NCBI GenBank assembly: GCA_049999805.1
Contig: JBNGIO010005494.1
Span: 1-64,000 of the forward strand
Direction: 5' to 3'
DNA length: 64,000 nucleotides
Origin: Folioceros fuciformis
Taxonomy: Eukaryota
Part shown: piece after piece, positions 1 through 11,275 of the stretch
Layout: each line of letters starts with the position of its first letter
How positions within the stretch are numbered: position 1 is the stretch's first letter
Notes under the pieces: model-generated
What the model was told of the DNA's origin: nothing
Databases searched by the model: none
Seen by the model: the letters and a program-made list of their open reading frames with translations, nothing else
Position numbers and translations under genes: made by a program

Positions 1-659
1 CTTCTCCACACCAGCTATAGCGCGCACTAGGCCATGGAGCCAGGCAGCATCCGAGCTCAACGTTTCCAGTCGGGAGGATACGTGAGCTCGCAGCTGTAAA
101 CTGCGGAGCCGGGCTCCGGGATTCCTAACCAGCCAGGAACGCGGTGCCCTTGACGAGTTCGTTCCTTCGAAAGTATCACGCAACTATGCGTCTGACCACG
201 TCGTGGTTGACAATACCATCAGCTTATGAAGGGCTTTGGCGTGCATGGATCAACATAGAGAGTAAACAAAATCCATAGATAGATATACACGCGTCATCAT
301 ATGATAGTTTCCATGAAACAAGCTTTATGAAAGACAAAACATTGAACAAAAGTTTGATCTACCCTGTTGGTGAGATATAATTTGATGAGGTTTGGAATTA
401 GTTCTATCTCAGGATAACTTCAACAAGCTAAGATATTTGGGCCTACCACATAGAAGGAATTCACACGAAGGGTGAAAAACATGCAAATGAAGTCTTCTAC
501 ACTATAACTGCTCTAAAACTTGTTTCACACTCAATCCCTTTATTGCAGCGATGGCTTATGATAACTAATTGAATGTTGAGTCTTTCAATTGCGAATGAAC
601 ATGGAGAGGTTTGAGGTAGCCCACATTTGCCTTTCTGCTTATTTGTACTTCATCACATG

Positions 660-980
660 CTAACATTGTATAAGGACTAAACAAGTCAATGACATACAAA
701 AACTTGTAAATACTTGCGATCATAGTGATCATTCTCTTGCTAGTAGAGAGAATTAAAAAGCATGAAACCAATCTAGTTGAACCTCCTAGATGCATGGTAG
801 AGGGTTTTACAAGTGTGAAAGTCCATAAGCTTTCTCCCTTGTAAGATAGACATATTTTCATTCCTTGGCTCTTTAAGACCTATGGGGCCATGAGCAAGGA
901 CTTTTCAAGGTTCATCAAAGAGTGCACAAAGGTTTATCATAGTCATAGGGATGAGGTTCTTCTTCTTTTTTTTGAACAAC
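660..980 (+). mobile_element. Heavily decayed non-LTR retrotransposon remnant, possibly the restriction-like endonuclease (RLE) end
   Basis: The frame at 782-930 reads ...VKVHKLSPL*DRHIFIPWLFKTYGAMSKDFSRFIKEC. This resembles the K..K....F.P...ET.G tail of RLE-type (CRE/R2-like) elements. It has in-frame stops and lies in AT-rich sequence. Confidence 0.3.
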
Positions 981-1906
981 AATAAGTCAGACAGGTCAAG
1001 TGGCTTCTTTGACATTGGTGGTAGATGACCTTTTGTAATTCTACATCATAACATTTGGGAGCAGTAGATAATTTTTGAGAATGATGTTCAAAGGACCTAA
1101 GTACCCTTTTTAGCCTTTGGCCATACTGTGGCCGTTTCTATATGTTTGGAGTAGATGAGACTTTCTATCTCTTTTTTAATAATAGAAAATAATCCATACA
1201 ACCAATAATTGCTGATCTTCTCTAGTATGGTGTAGCTATTTCTTGACCACCAAATTTTGGTTGATAGAGGATATTTTGAGTCTAATCCATGTTGGTTTGG
1301 TGGTATGCGAAAGCTTGTTTCCCGATCTCGTTTTCTTGGGATAAAGTCTCATTTGGGTCTGAAAACCATCTTCATCGGATAACAGGAGCCATCATAAACG
1401 CCGAGAAACCTACATAAATGAGTGACTCCAAAGCCCCGAGGATAGACGCGACAGTGGCAGACTCCTCTGTCTTGTCACGAGCAAGTTGGGTTTCCGGAGG
1501 CATTTTTTGTGAGAGGAAATCCACACATTTGGGGCACAGAAGGCTAATGGACGGTCAGATGTAGGAGGAGAGGGCCCGACTACAGCTGGATGCGGTATGC
1601 GTCCTTGTCCGCAATAATCAGCTTGGCGAACGGGATAGAGCCCCACCAGGAACTTATCTCTCCCTCACGAAGGGCCTTCAACCATCCGCCTATCGCGAAT
1701 AACCAGGCTTCTTCGCGGGCTCTCGAAGTTCTCCGCGCCTTGCTTTGCTTCCAGCAATCCAGGCGACTAGCGCGGACCGGGCGAGGCGAGGCAAGGTTAG
1801 GGAGGTGCGCTAGTCCTGGGATTCACCTCTCTGCCTGCCTCCGCCTGATTCCAGCACCTGAGCAGAGGTGCCGGTTCCGGTCCGGGGACAGTGCAAGCCG
1901 CGCACC

Positions 1907-4023
1907 ATGGCGGACCAGGTGGTGAATGTGACCGAGTACCAGGAGCTGGCCAAGCAGAAATTGCCCAAGATGGTCTACGACTACTACGCCTCCGGGGCCG
2001 AGGACGAGTGGTCCTTGAAGGAGAACCGGCATGCGTTCGAGAGGATTCGGTGAGTGAATTCCTTCACGTCTCGCGGGGCTCAGTGTCCCGGGAGCAGGAC
2101 TTCCGGGCTCTTAGCATTGCGGTGGGTGGGGTTTGCTGATGCTGTTCCTGACGCTGCGGCCCGGTGCGGTGAAGGTTCCGTCCGCGTATCCTGGTGAATG
2201 TCACCAACGTGGACCTCTCCACCACCGTGCTCGGGTTTAAGATTTCTATGCCCATCATGTTGGCTCCCACCGCAATGCAGAAGATGGCGCATCCGGAAGG
2301 TAAGTGTTTGCGGCTTTGGATCCCTTGCAGCTCCTGCGCTGTTGCGCTGTTCCTGTCCGGGTGGGTGGATCGAATTTGGTCTTGTGTGGCCTGAATGCGG
2401 AGCTTTGTGGTTGCTTACGTTGGGATATGCCAATTGTGTGTGAATGTGCAGGTGAGTTGGCTACTGCGAGAGCTGCTGCAGCTGCGGGGACCATTATGGT
2501 GGGCTTGCTGCGGATTGGGTGGAGGTGACTTTTGTGTTCCTTGAGGTAGTGTGGCAGCGCTGGACTGAGCGTGTCTGGGTGGTGCAGACGCTGTCCTCTT
2601 GGGCAACCAGCAGTGTGGAGGAAGTCAGTTCCGTGGGCCCTGGCGTCCGGTTCTTCCAGCTCTATGTGAGTTTGTTTTCCGATGGTGCTGTTGAGGCTGT
2701 GTCGGTCGGTGTGGTGCAGGGCTGAGTGTGGGAACTGCGTCGTTGTGCAGGTGTACAAAGACAGGAGTGTGGTGGCTCAGCTTGTCCGTCGAGCAGAGCT
2801 TGCGGGGTTTAAGGCCATTGCCCTCACTGTGGACACGCCTCGGCTTGGACGGAGGGAGGCTGATATTAAGAACAGGTGATGGTAGACGAGTTCATTCGCT
2901 GCAGACTGGATGCATGCAGCCTTTGAGCGGAGCAGTGGGCTGAAGTTTAGGTTTGGCTGTCACAGATTTGTTCTTCCGCCTCACTTGTCCTTGAAGAACT
3001 TCGAGGGACTGAACATTGGGAAGATGGACAAGGTGTGGAACATGGTTTCTGAGTTGGGGCTGGCTGGCTTTGTTCAGTATGGTCTTGTGCTGATGGGTGA
3101 CGTGTGTTGTGCCCGCGGTGGAACAGTCTGCCGAGTCCGGGCTGGCCACATATGTTGCCAGTCAAATTGACAGGTCTCTAACCTGGAAGGTACGCTGTAA
3201 TCCCCTCTTGATCTTGGGAGATCCTTGGGGTGCCGCACCATATGCTGCCGCAATTAAGGTGGTTTCTGACAATTCGCGTTCCTCCTCCAGGACGTGAAGT
3301 GGCTGCAGACCATCACCAAGCTGCCAATCCTGGTGAAGGGAGTTATCACCGGCGAAGACAGTGAGCATTGATCGTCGTGCTGCTCGGTTAGCACGTCCTT
3401 GAAAAGCTCCCTCTGACAAAAGAAGGCCCTGTCGTGCAGCCAAGATCGCTCTTCAGAATGGCGTTGCGGGTATCATAGTTTCGAATCATGGTGCCCGCCA
3501 GTTGGACTACGTACCTGCAACAATCTCTGCTCTGGAGGAGGTGGGAGCCTGTCGCATGCCATTGCGTTTTGCTGTGACTGTCGCAGCACCCCAAGACTGA
3601 CAAATTGAGCTCCGTTACACCGCCACCAGGTTGTGGCTGCCGCTGCAGGCAGAATCCCAGTCTTCCTGGACGGAGGAGTCCGACGTGGGACTGACGTGTT
3701 GAAAGCCCTAGCTCTGGGAGCTGCTGGAGTCTTCGTAAGTTGTCTCCCCAGAGACCATGGTTTCCTTCCAGGACTGCATGCAGGTTCTCGATTGGCAGCA
3801 CCTTGACTCATGTCCAATACGCTGGTTCATTGTTCAGGTGGGGAGACCCGTCGTCTTCGCCTTGGCCACTGCCGGGGAAGCTGGAGTCTCCAACATGCTT
3901 CGCATGCTTCGCGACGAGTTCGAGTTGGCCATGTCTCTGGCCGGGTGTACGAAGGTGTCCGAAATCAACCGCTCACACGTCCAGACCGAAGCTGAGCGGC
4001 TCAGACTGTCCTCCAGGCTGTAG
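1907..4023 (+). CDS. GOX: Peroxisomal (S)-2-hydroxy-acid oxidase / glycolate oxidase; 11 exons
   Basis: The spliced product contains [71 protein letters not shown] and [10 protein letters not shown], and ends in the PTS1 signal SRL*. Ten GT-AG introns were traced, with donors near 2050, 2300, 2499, 2666, 2876, 3033, 3190, 3361, 3541 and 3735. Confidence 0.97.
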
Positions 4024-4397
4024 GGCAGAGTCACGTTCGCGTAGGCATGGCGGTGTCCATGGATGCCAGGACAATTCCAAAAAGGTTGTTGTAGCTGTAC
4101 GATGGCCTTCACTGGCCTGGGTGGATTAGTCACTTTCCAATTGTGACTGGGTGAAAGCTTGTATTGTAGCACTTCCCTCTCGTCATCTTTGTTCCAAGTA
4201 ACGCAATAAAATTCATCATCTTGCTCAGCTTGGGACGAACGAGCTCGAAGTTGCGACGAGCGCGGACGCACGCTGCCAGCAGTCGTTCTCCTGCTGTCGG
4301 GACGAACGAGCCCGACGCGCGGTGATGGAGGCTGTGAAGGTGACGGATCTCGGTCGAGCAGCAGGACGGATGTGAGGCTCACGGCTGAGGCGGAGCT

Positions 4398-7300
4398 ATG
4401 GAGTGGGCCAGTTTGCAGCACCTGGATCTTCAGCTGGTGGGGCGGGCGCCCCAGCAGCCGCACTGCGCAGCCTTCCACCCCACGCAGGCGCTGCTGGTGG
4501 TGGCCGCGGGGCGGGACATCGTGGAGTTCGATGCGCTCACAGGATGCAAGCTGGCCAACATCGACGTCGGGGCGCCTGTGCTGCGCATGGCCTACAGCCC
4601 CGCGGGGGGCCATGTGGTGCTGGCTGTGCTGGAGGATCTCACCATCAAGGGCTGGGATCTGGAGACGGACCATGTGAGCGTGCTCTTCTCCCCGGTCGAC
4701 CGCCGCTCTGGAGGACCCAACACGGAGGTGCACATCGCGCTCACTCCACTCCGGCCATGGCTCTTTTTCGGGGTGCACCGCCGGATGAGCGTCAACGTGG
4801 TGGGCACCGTGGAGGGCGTGAAGCAGGGCGCCAGGATCAAGGCGGATGTGAAGAAGCCCATCACCCAGTTGGCCTGCCATCCCCGCAACCCCGTGCTGTA
4901 TGTTGCTTACGCGGAGGGGCTCATCAAGGGCTACAACATCCATACCTTCAGCGTTGTGTACTCGCTGCTGGACCTCTCGGTGACCAGGCTGGTGGGAGCG
5001 GCGGCCTTCGCGTTCCACTCCTCCCTGGAGTGGATATTTGTGGGGGATCGGAGCGGCACGCTTCTGGCCTGGGATGTGTCTGTTCCGGCACGTCCGCTCC
5101 TCATCGGGACCACCCAGGCTCCTTTGGGGACTCCCGTATCTTCCCTGGCCTGGCATTCCATGTACAGTCTGCTGGTGGCGCTGTCTAAGGATGGTTCTGT
5201 TCAGGTGTACAGGCCGAGGGTTTTGTCTAACCCCAATCGGTCTCACTTGAGGGCTAACTTCTTTGAATCTGCCGGGATGGAGCCCTTGGAGCTAACCAAG
5301 CTGCTGGCACACAAGGGAGCTGTGTATCCTGTGCCTCGAATTGTGGACCTTGCTCTTCACCCTAAGTTGAACCTTGCAACTGTGCTTTTCACCAACGTGG
5401 CGGCTGGCGGGGATGACTCTAAGAGACGGTCTCCAGTTTCCAGAGAAGCTAGGAGGCAGCTCTTCGCTGTTCTGCAGAGTGCCAGAGGTGCTCCTGCGAC
5501 TGTGCTGAAGGAGAAGCTTGCGGTGCTGGGCTCTGTGACCAATATTATGGCCGACCAGCAGCAGCAGGGCAAAGGGAGCCAGTTGACCAACTCCGATTTT
5601 GCGAGGAAGGCCTTTCTGTATGGGAACTTGGCGGATGGACATGTGCGGGGTGGCCCGGTTCTCACCGTCCCTCTGCTCACTATCACTGACGAGAGCCACT
5701 TGCTTCGAGATATTCCTGTTAGCCAACCTGTGGATCTGGGATTGCGCTTCTTCAACTCGGAGGCCGGTATCTTTGAGTACCCGGTTAGAGCCTTTTTCAT
5801 GGACGGTTGTAATCTCATGGGCTATAACTTGTCATCTGGGGAGTATAACACGTACAAGAAGTTGTCTCCGTATGCTGCTGCTGGGACAGAGCGGACACCC
5901 AAGTACATGTTTTACAGTGCAAAGCAGCACCTCTTCCTCGTTTGTTTCGAGTGCCGTGGAGCTCCCAGTGAGGTTGTTATCTACAGGGATCCGGTTGCTG
6001 CACAGATGGTGGGCGAGCGCATCAACACTGTTGCAGGTCGTGATGCAGCTTTCCTTGGCCCTAAGGACAGACAGTATGCCGTCCTTGATGACAATGGTGA
6101 GGAGCTTATTGTGCAATTTCTGGAGGAAGATCTCAGTACCGTGGCTGAGGTTGTCCAGCCTGTTGCGGACTCGGATGGAGTAGTATCACTACGTTTGGCT
6201 CCAAATGCTGCGTTGGGTGCGGATGTTCAGAAGCTTTCGGGAGGAAGTGATGGCCCGCACCTGCCAGCTGGTGTTGAGTCCAATGGCAGTGCGCAAATAG
6301 GGTCATATGGAGTAGAAGGAAAAGAGGCCTTGGATCCCCTGACCTTTTCAGAGCAGAATCCAGAAGGTGGGGTACATCCTGCCGGTGTGAAGCTTCCAGT
6401 GGGAAGTAGGGGCGTTTCAGGAACATTCTTCTTTGATTCCCCCGTTGAACGTATTTTTTCTACACCTTTAGAGTCACTCCTGGCCTATTCAAAGGCTGGG
6501 AGCCACATTGGGCTGGCAAGGATTTTAGCAGATGCGTCATATGTTGCTGATGGGCAAATGCTACCGACGAAAGTGGAAGAAGGCCGGAGTGTGAAATTGA
6601 AGCCGCTGGAAACAGTTCTTCAGCTGCGATGGCAGGAGACTCCAACTGGATTGGTGGCTGGAGTGATGACTACGCAGCGTGTCATGATACTTTCCTCCAA
6701 TTTGGATATTATATCCAGCAGCTCCACAGCTTTTGACAAATGCTTTCCTCCCTTCAAATCGCTTGTATGGCTAGGTCCAGCTTTGTTTTTCTCTACAGCA
6801 ACAGCGGTTTGTGTACTTGGGTGGGATGGGGTTGCTAGGTCTATCGTCTCCGTTGGCACACCTAATTATTCTTTGGTAGGGGCATTGAATGATCGGCTTC
6901 TTTTGGCTTGTGCGAATGAGCCAAATCCTCGGCAAAAGCAGGGTGTGGACATCAAAACCCGGCTTGTTGGGTTGCTGGAACCCCTGCTCATTGGGTGGAC
7001 CACATATCAGCAAACCTGGGATCCGAAGCTCGATCTCTCTGAAACAATCTATCAGCTGACCTCCAGATTTGATAGTACCAGAATAACACCACATTCACTG
7101 GATGCTTTGTCTATTGGTTCTCCTGTGTGTGCTGACCTTGCTGTGCAGCTTGCTCAGGCAGGGCCTCAGTTTTCCCAGGAGCTTAGATGCAATTATGCAG
7201 CCCAGGCGCATCGGTTTGCAATGGCAATTTCCATCTTGAAAGATGAATATGTGAGATCACGTGATTACCCAAGGTGCCCACCAACAACTCGCTTGTTCCA

Positions 7301-9431
7301 CCGGTTTAGAGAGCTGGCTCAGGCGTGCATTAGGTATGGGCAGTTTGACAGAGCAAAGGAGACTTTTGAAGTGATTTCAGACTTTGAAAGCATGTTCAAT
7401 CTATTTCTGTGTCACTCCAACCCAAGTGCTATGCGGCGGCTTGCACAAAAGCTGGAAGAGGTGGGTACAGACACAGAGTTGAAGCGGCAAGTAGAAAAGG
7501 TGCTGCTGGTGTGGTCGTCTGGATGGGCACAGGGAGGCGTGTTTGCCAATCTTGCTGCTGACAGCATGCTTCCTAAAGGTTCAGAATGGGCTGGTGGGAA
7601 CTGGGAGATAAAAAATCATCCGCCTGTGAAGAGTATGCCAGAGTGGGAGCTGTCGAATGAGGTGACAGCATACATGAAGACTGCAAATGGAGGCATCCCT
7701 ACTCTTATTCCAGATCATATTGGGGTGTATTTGGGTACTCTGAGAGGCAGGGGTACAGTGGTTGAAGTTAGGGATAACATGCTGGTGAAGCGCCTTGGGC
7801 AAACTTCGCAGGAAGACACAGGGGGTTCTGGGCGATCTGCTTCGAGCGTTTCAAGGAACTCTGATGATGGTAGTCAGTCTGGGGCTAAACACAAGTCTGG
7901 TGATGAAGCTGAAGGTGACGAGCAAACAAGAGCTGCTGAAGCATTCAAGAGGGGAATGTTTGCTGTTGACAACAGCAGCAGTGATGAGGAAGATGGAAGT
8001 AAGACGAAGAAAAGGTTCAGTATTCAAATTCGTGATAAGAGTGCAGCGGTTACAACGTTTGATGCCAACAAAGTCAAGGAGGCTACTCAAACGTTCAAAC
8101 TCAGTGCTGGATTGCCAAAGCCACAAAGGCGAACAGAGACACCTCCTGACTTGTTCCCTGGGCTTGCTTCCCCTGTTCCTGTTTCTGGTCAGGTACCACC
8201 ACTTGCACCAGCTCCTACGTTTAGACCCCAAGTGCCCATGGGCGTGGGTGCCGGATCAGGTCCAATCCCAGAGGACTTTTTTGAAGGAACAATACCGGCG
8301 GGAGCTGTCCCCCCGCCGACTGGAGGCCCTTTGTATCAGCCACCTCCTGGCCCTCCCTCCGGCACCTTCCAAGCATTTCCGTCAGCACAACCATCATTTA
8401 CAGCCACCTATCCCGGGGCGCCACAAGCGGTTGCATCAGGAGCTCCTGCTATCTTCGGTTCGGCTGAGCCATTCCAAGCAGCACCAAACCCTCCTCAGAA
8501 CCTGGAGTTGAGTGGAGGAATTGTGCCTCCAACATCACAAGGATTCCCAATGGACTTCGGGCTGCCAGATGGTGGGATTCCTCCTGAATCGGTTGTTACA
8601 ACAGGTGGCACCTTATCTGTTGATTTGGTCAGTGTTGAGGGCAAGGGAACGGTGGGAAGTGTCACAAATCTCGGATCGTTGGATAGCATTGTCAGCCAGA
8701 CAAAGAAGCCTCCAATGCCCACCACCACCAAGCCATCTCCAATTGTTACAAGGTATAAACCTGGACAGGTGCCAAGAGGAGCTCCGGCCTCGCAATGTTT
8801 CAAAGTTGGGGTAGCTCATATTGAGCAGAATCAACTCGTCGATGCTATGTCCTGTTTGGACGAAGCTTTTCTGGCTCTGGCGAAGGACCAATCGCTTGGG
8901 GTAAATGTGAAAGCACAAGCCAGGATATGTGCACAGTACAAGATTGCCGTCCTGCTCCTCCAGGAGATTGCTCGTCTGCAGAAAGTGGAACAAGGAAATG
9001 TGGGTGCAAAGGAGGAGATGGCAAGATTGTCCCGACACTTGAGCTCCTTGCCTCTGCAAGCCAAACATCGGATTACCTGCCTTCGAACAGCAATCAAGAG
9101 AAATATGGACGTGCAGAACTTTGCTTTCGCAAAGAAGTTGCTGGACCTTCTTCTGTCCAAAGCCCCAGCTAACAAGCAGGATGAGTTGAAAGTTCTAATC
9201 CAACTGTGTGTACAGAGGGGCTTGACAGACAGGACCATTGATGAGACAGAGGATGCCTCACAATTCTGTGCAGCGACCCTTGCTCGCCTTCCAACAATTG
9301 GGTATGACAGCTGCGACGTATGCGGATCCAAATTTTCAGCCTTGAACTCAGCAGGATGCAGTATATGTGGGATGGGCACTGTTGAGAGGTCCGATGCTGT
9401 GACAGGAGCTGTGTCATCACCCTTCATGTAG
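4398..9431 (+). CDS. TWD40-1: TPLATE/TSET complex WD40 subunit TWD40-1 (At3g50590-like), 1677 aa, single exon
   Basis: The uninterrupted ORF starts MEWASLQHLDL...QPHCAAFHP...EFDALTGCK, as in the TWD40-1 N-terminus. It has WD40 propellers, an alpha-solenoid, a Pro-rich linker with GPIPEDFF, and a coatomer-like C-terminus with CxxC...CxxC. Confidence 0.92.
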   Translation: MEWASLQHLDLQLVGRAPQQPHCAAFHPTQALLVVAAGRDIVEFDALTGCKLANIDVGAPVLRMAYSPAGGHVVLAVLEDLTIKGWDLETDHVSVLFSPVDRRSGGPNTEVHIALTPLRPWLFFGVHRRMSVNVVGTVEGVKQGARIKADVKKPITQLACHPRNPVLYVAYAEGLIKGYNIHTFSVVYSLLDLSVTRLVGAAAFAFHSSLEWIFVGDRSGTLLAWDVSVPARPLLIGTTQAPLGTPVSSLAWHSMYSLLVALSKDGSVQVYRPRVLSNPNRSHLRANFFESAGMEPLELTKLLAHKGAVYPVPRIVDLALHPKLNLATVLFTNVAAGGDDSKRRSPVSREARRQLFAVLQSARGAPATVLKEKLAVLGSVTNIMADQQQQGKGSQLTNSDFARKAFLYGNLADGHVRGGPVLTVPLLTITDESHLLRDIPVSQPVDLGLRFFNSEAGIFEYPVRAFFMDGCNLMGYNLSSGEYNTYKKLSPYAAAGTERTPKYMFYSAKQHLFLVCFECRGAPSEVVIYRDPVAAQMVGERINTVAGRDAAFLGPKDRQYAVLDDNGEELIVQFLEEDLSTVAEVVQPVADSDGVVSLRLAPNAALGADVQKLSGGSDGPHLPAGVESNGSAQIGSYGVEGKEALDPLTFSEQNPEGGVHPAGVKLPVGSRGVSGTFFFDSPVERIFSTPLESLLAYSKAGSHIGLARILADASYVADGQMLPTKVEEGRSVKLKPLETVLQLRWQETPTGLVAGVMTTQRVMILSSNLDIISSSSTAFDKCFPPFKSLVWLGPALFFSTATAVCVLGWDGVARSIVSVGTPNYSLVGALNDRLLLACANEPNPRQKQGVDIKTRLVGLLEPLLIGWTTYQQTWDPKLDLSETIYQLTSRFDSTRITPHSLDALSIGSPVCADLAVQLAQAGPQFSQELRCNYAAQAHRFAMAISILKDEYVRSRDYPRCPPTTRLFHRFRELAQACIRYGQFDRAKETFEVISDFESMFNLFLCHSNPSAMRRLAQKLEEVGTDTELKRQVEKVLLVWSSGWAQGGVFANLAADSMLPKGSEWAGGNWEIKNHPPVKSMPEWELSNEVTAYMKTANGGIPTLIPDHIGVYLGTLRGRGTVVEVRDNMLVKRLGQTSQEDTGGSGRSASSVSRNSDDGSQSGAKHKSGDEAEGDEQTRAAEAFKRGMFAVDNSSSDEEDGSKTKKRFSIQIRDKSAAVTTFDANKVKEATQTFKLSAGLPKPQRRTETPPDLFPGLASPVPVSGQVPPLAPAPTFRPQVPMGVGAGSGPIPEDFFEGTIPAGAVPPPTGGPLYQPPPGPPSGTFQAFPSAQPSFTATYPGAPQAVASGAPAIFGSAEPFQAAPNPPQNLELSGGIVPPTSQGFPMDFGLPDGGIPPESVVTTGGTLSVDLVSVEGKGTVGSVTNLGSLDSIVSQTKKPPMPTTTKPSPIVTRYKPGQVPRGAPASQCFKVGVAHIEQNQLVDAMSCLDEAFLALAKDQSLGVNVKAQARICAQYKIAVLLLQEIARLQKVEQGNVGAKEEMARLSRHLSSLPLQAKHRITCLRTAIKRNMDVQNFAFAKKLLDLLLSKAPANKQDELKVLIQLCVQRGLTDRTIDETEDASQFCAATLARLPTIGYDSCDVCGSKFSALNSAGCSICGMGTVERSDAVTGAVSSPFM

Positions 9432-10669
9432 ATGCTGGCCGAGGATGCTCCAAGTGGCCAGGGGCACCACACTCAGTTCTGGCTTCCAGTGACGGCCGGC
9501 CAGCCAGCCAGCACAGCACAGCACATCCATCATGAATGGACCAGGTGCTGTTGGCAGTGTCCATGCATTAGGTGTATTCTCGGTATGGGTCGGAGCTCGC
9601 CTGGGTGCGAGGGCGCGGTGAAGTTTCCACCAGTACTACTACAGGCTTTAAGGGTCTAAACAGGCATGATGGGGTGGAAGGCGGGCAAAGCGTCAGCAGC
9701 AGGTCAGGCTATTTTCGTGTTCCGTTTCATCCATGTGCCAAATGATCGATACTACCGTCCATTTGTCCTGACTTGAACAGTACCTATTTGATGCTTTCAG
9801 AGCTCCGACAAGTCATATTCCCCCTGAAGACCGCCGATGTCAGCTTGTTGGGATCAGTTCCCAAGGCCTGGTAGGCGACAGGACTCTTGCGTGACTCTCG
9901 TGTCTACATTTGAATTGGAATAACTCGTAAACTGTGACAGTTCGTAAGCCGACTCCAGAATGGAACAAGATGACCGAATCATTTCTTACTCCGGGAGGAG
10001 ACACAGGATTACTTAGCTACTCTGAAATCCGATACGCATCATGTTTTCGATGTCTGATTTCGTGCATGGCTGTACGGCTGTCGTACATAAATTTCCGACA
10101 CAAGTCGCTCCCCTCTCTGCGGGGAAATGGACATAACGAAGACCAGAAACCAAGCTGCCTTCGAGGACTTGTCACCAGCACGTCCTTTGTGTTGTGATGT
10201 CAATATCACAAAGGACCTCAAACCAGGTGGGCTACCAAGGAAATGGGGATGGCTGGTTCACGATCATGTTACATCTTTTATGCGAAATCAACGATTCGTT
10301 TTTAAGCGAACATAGCAAACCTTGTATCAAAAAGCGAAAACATTTTATTTTTATATTACTTACTTATCCGTTTACTGTAATTCTTCATCAAGAGATAACT
10401 CTACTATGGCATAGTATACCAAACCTGAAGAAAACTTTTAATAAAGAGTGAGTCTGTCCTTTTAATGATTTTAATGAAGAGGAAGACTGTCCACTTTAGA
10501 CTTGAGCACGAATGTTTAGCTTATGAAGAAAAAAATCCAAATGGGCAATTCATATGAGAATATCACTGGACGCGGGGGCTAAGGCCCTTTGTTTTAGGTA
10601 GAATGTTGGATTTTAATTAGAATGTTGGATGCGCGATGCAGTAGGCATCACACATATTGGTATAATGCT

Positions 10670-10757
10670 CCTACAAAAGAATGGTATAATTTCTAGGACT
10701 TGCCCTATAAAAGAATGGTATAATTTCTAGGACTTGCGTGTTTCTAGGACTTGCGTG
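10670..10757. repeat. Nested tandem duplications (34-bp unit x2 and 17-bp unit x2)
   Basis: cctac/taaaagaatggtataatttctaggacttg occurs at 10670 and 10704. tttctaggacttgcgtg occurs at 10724 and 10741. Confidence 0.85.
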
Positions 10758-10890
10758 TTGATGCTGTTTCCAAGACGTGTTAATGTTGATCATGATGCCA
10801 TGAAGTGAGGCTCCGATGGCAGCACATTTATGGGTTGTGGGTTTACAATTCTTTTACCCAGTGATGATTGGTTTCGATTGATTGGTTTTG

Positions 10891-11082
10891 ATTGAATTCG
10901 GCATTCTGTGTGTGGAATTAACCTTGTGATGATTTGCAACTGAATTATGCGTTCTGTGTGTGGAATTAACCTTGTAATGTTTTGCGATTGAATTCTACGT
11001 TCTGTGTATGAAATTAACCTTGTGATGTTTTGCGACTAAATTCTGCGTTCTGTGTGTGGAGTTAACCCTATGATGTTTTGCG
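10891..11082. repeat. 48-bp minisatellite, 4 copies
   Basis: ttctgtgtgtggaattaaccttgtgatg...tgcgactgaa-like units start at 10904, 10952, 11000 and 11048. Confidence 0.9.
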
Positions 11083-11275
11083 CAACAGTGCCAGTGCCAT
11101 CCCGGCCACAAGCCCTAACCGTAAATGAGCAAATCCTAACCCCTAGACAGTCTATGGATGAATGTAAAATGACATTCATTGAATGTTTGAGAATTATTTT
11201 TAAGAAAAAACTTTAGAGAAATATGAGTGTCTAGTTTGGAAAAAAAAATGAAACAACATCTTAGGGTATATTCCC

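Noticed and set aside
1..183. Open minus-strand frame running off the window start
   Set aside because: There is no in-frame ATG after the upstream stop and no recognisable homology.
3834..5246. Long antisense ORFs (470 aa here; also 40257-41414, 35500-36240 and 27270-28166)
   Set aside because: They are shadow frames of GC-rich coding or UTR sequence on the opposite strand and show no recognisable motifs.
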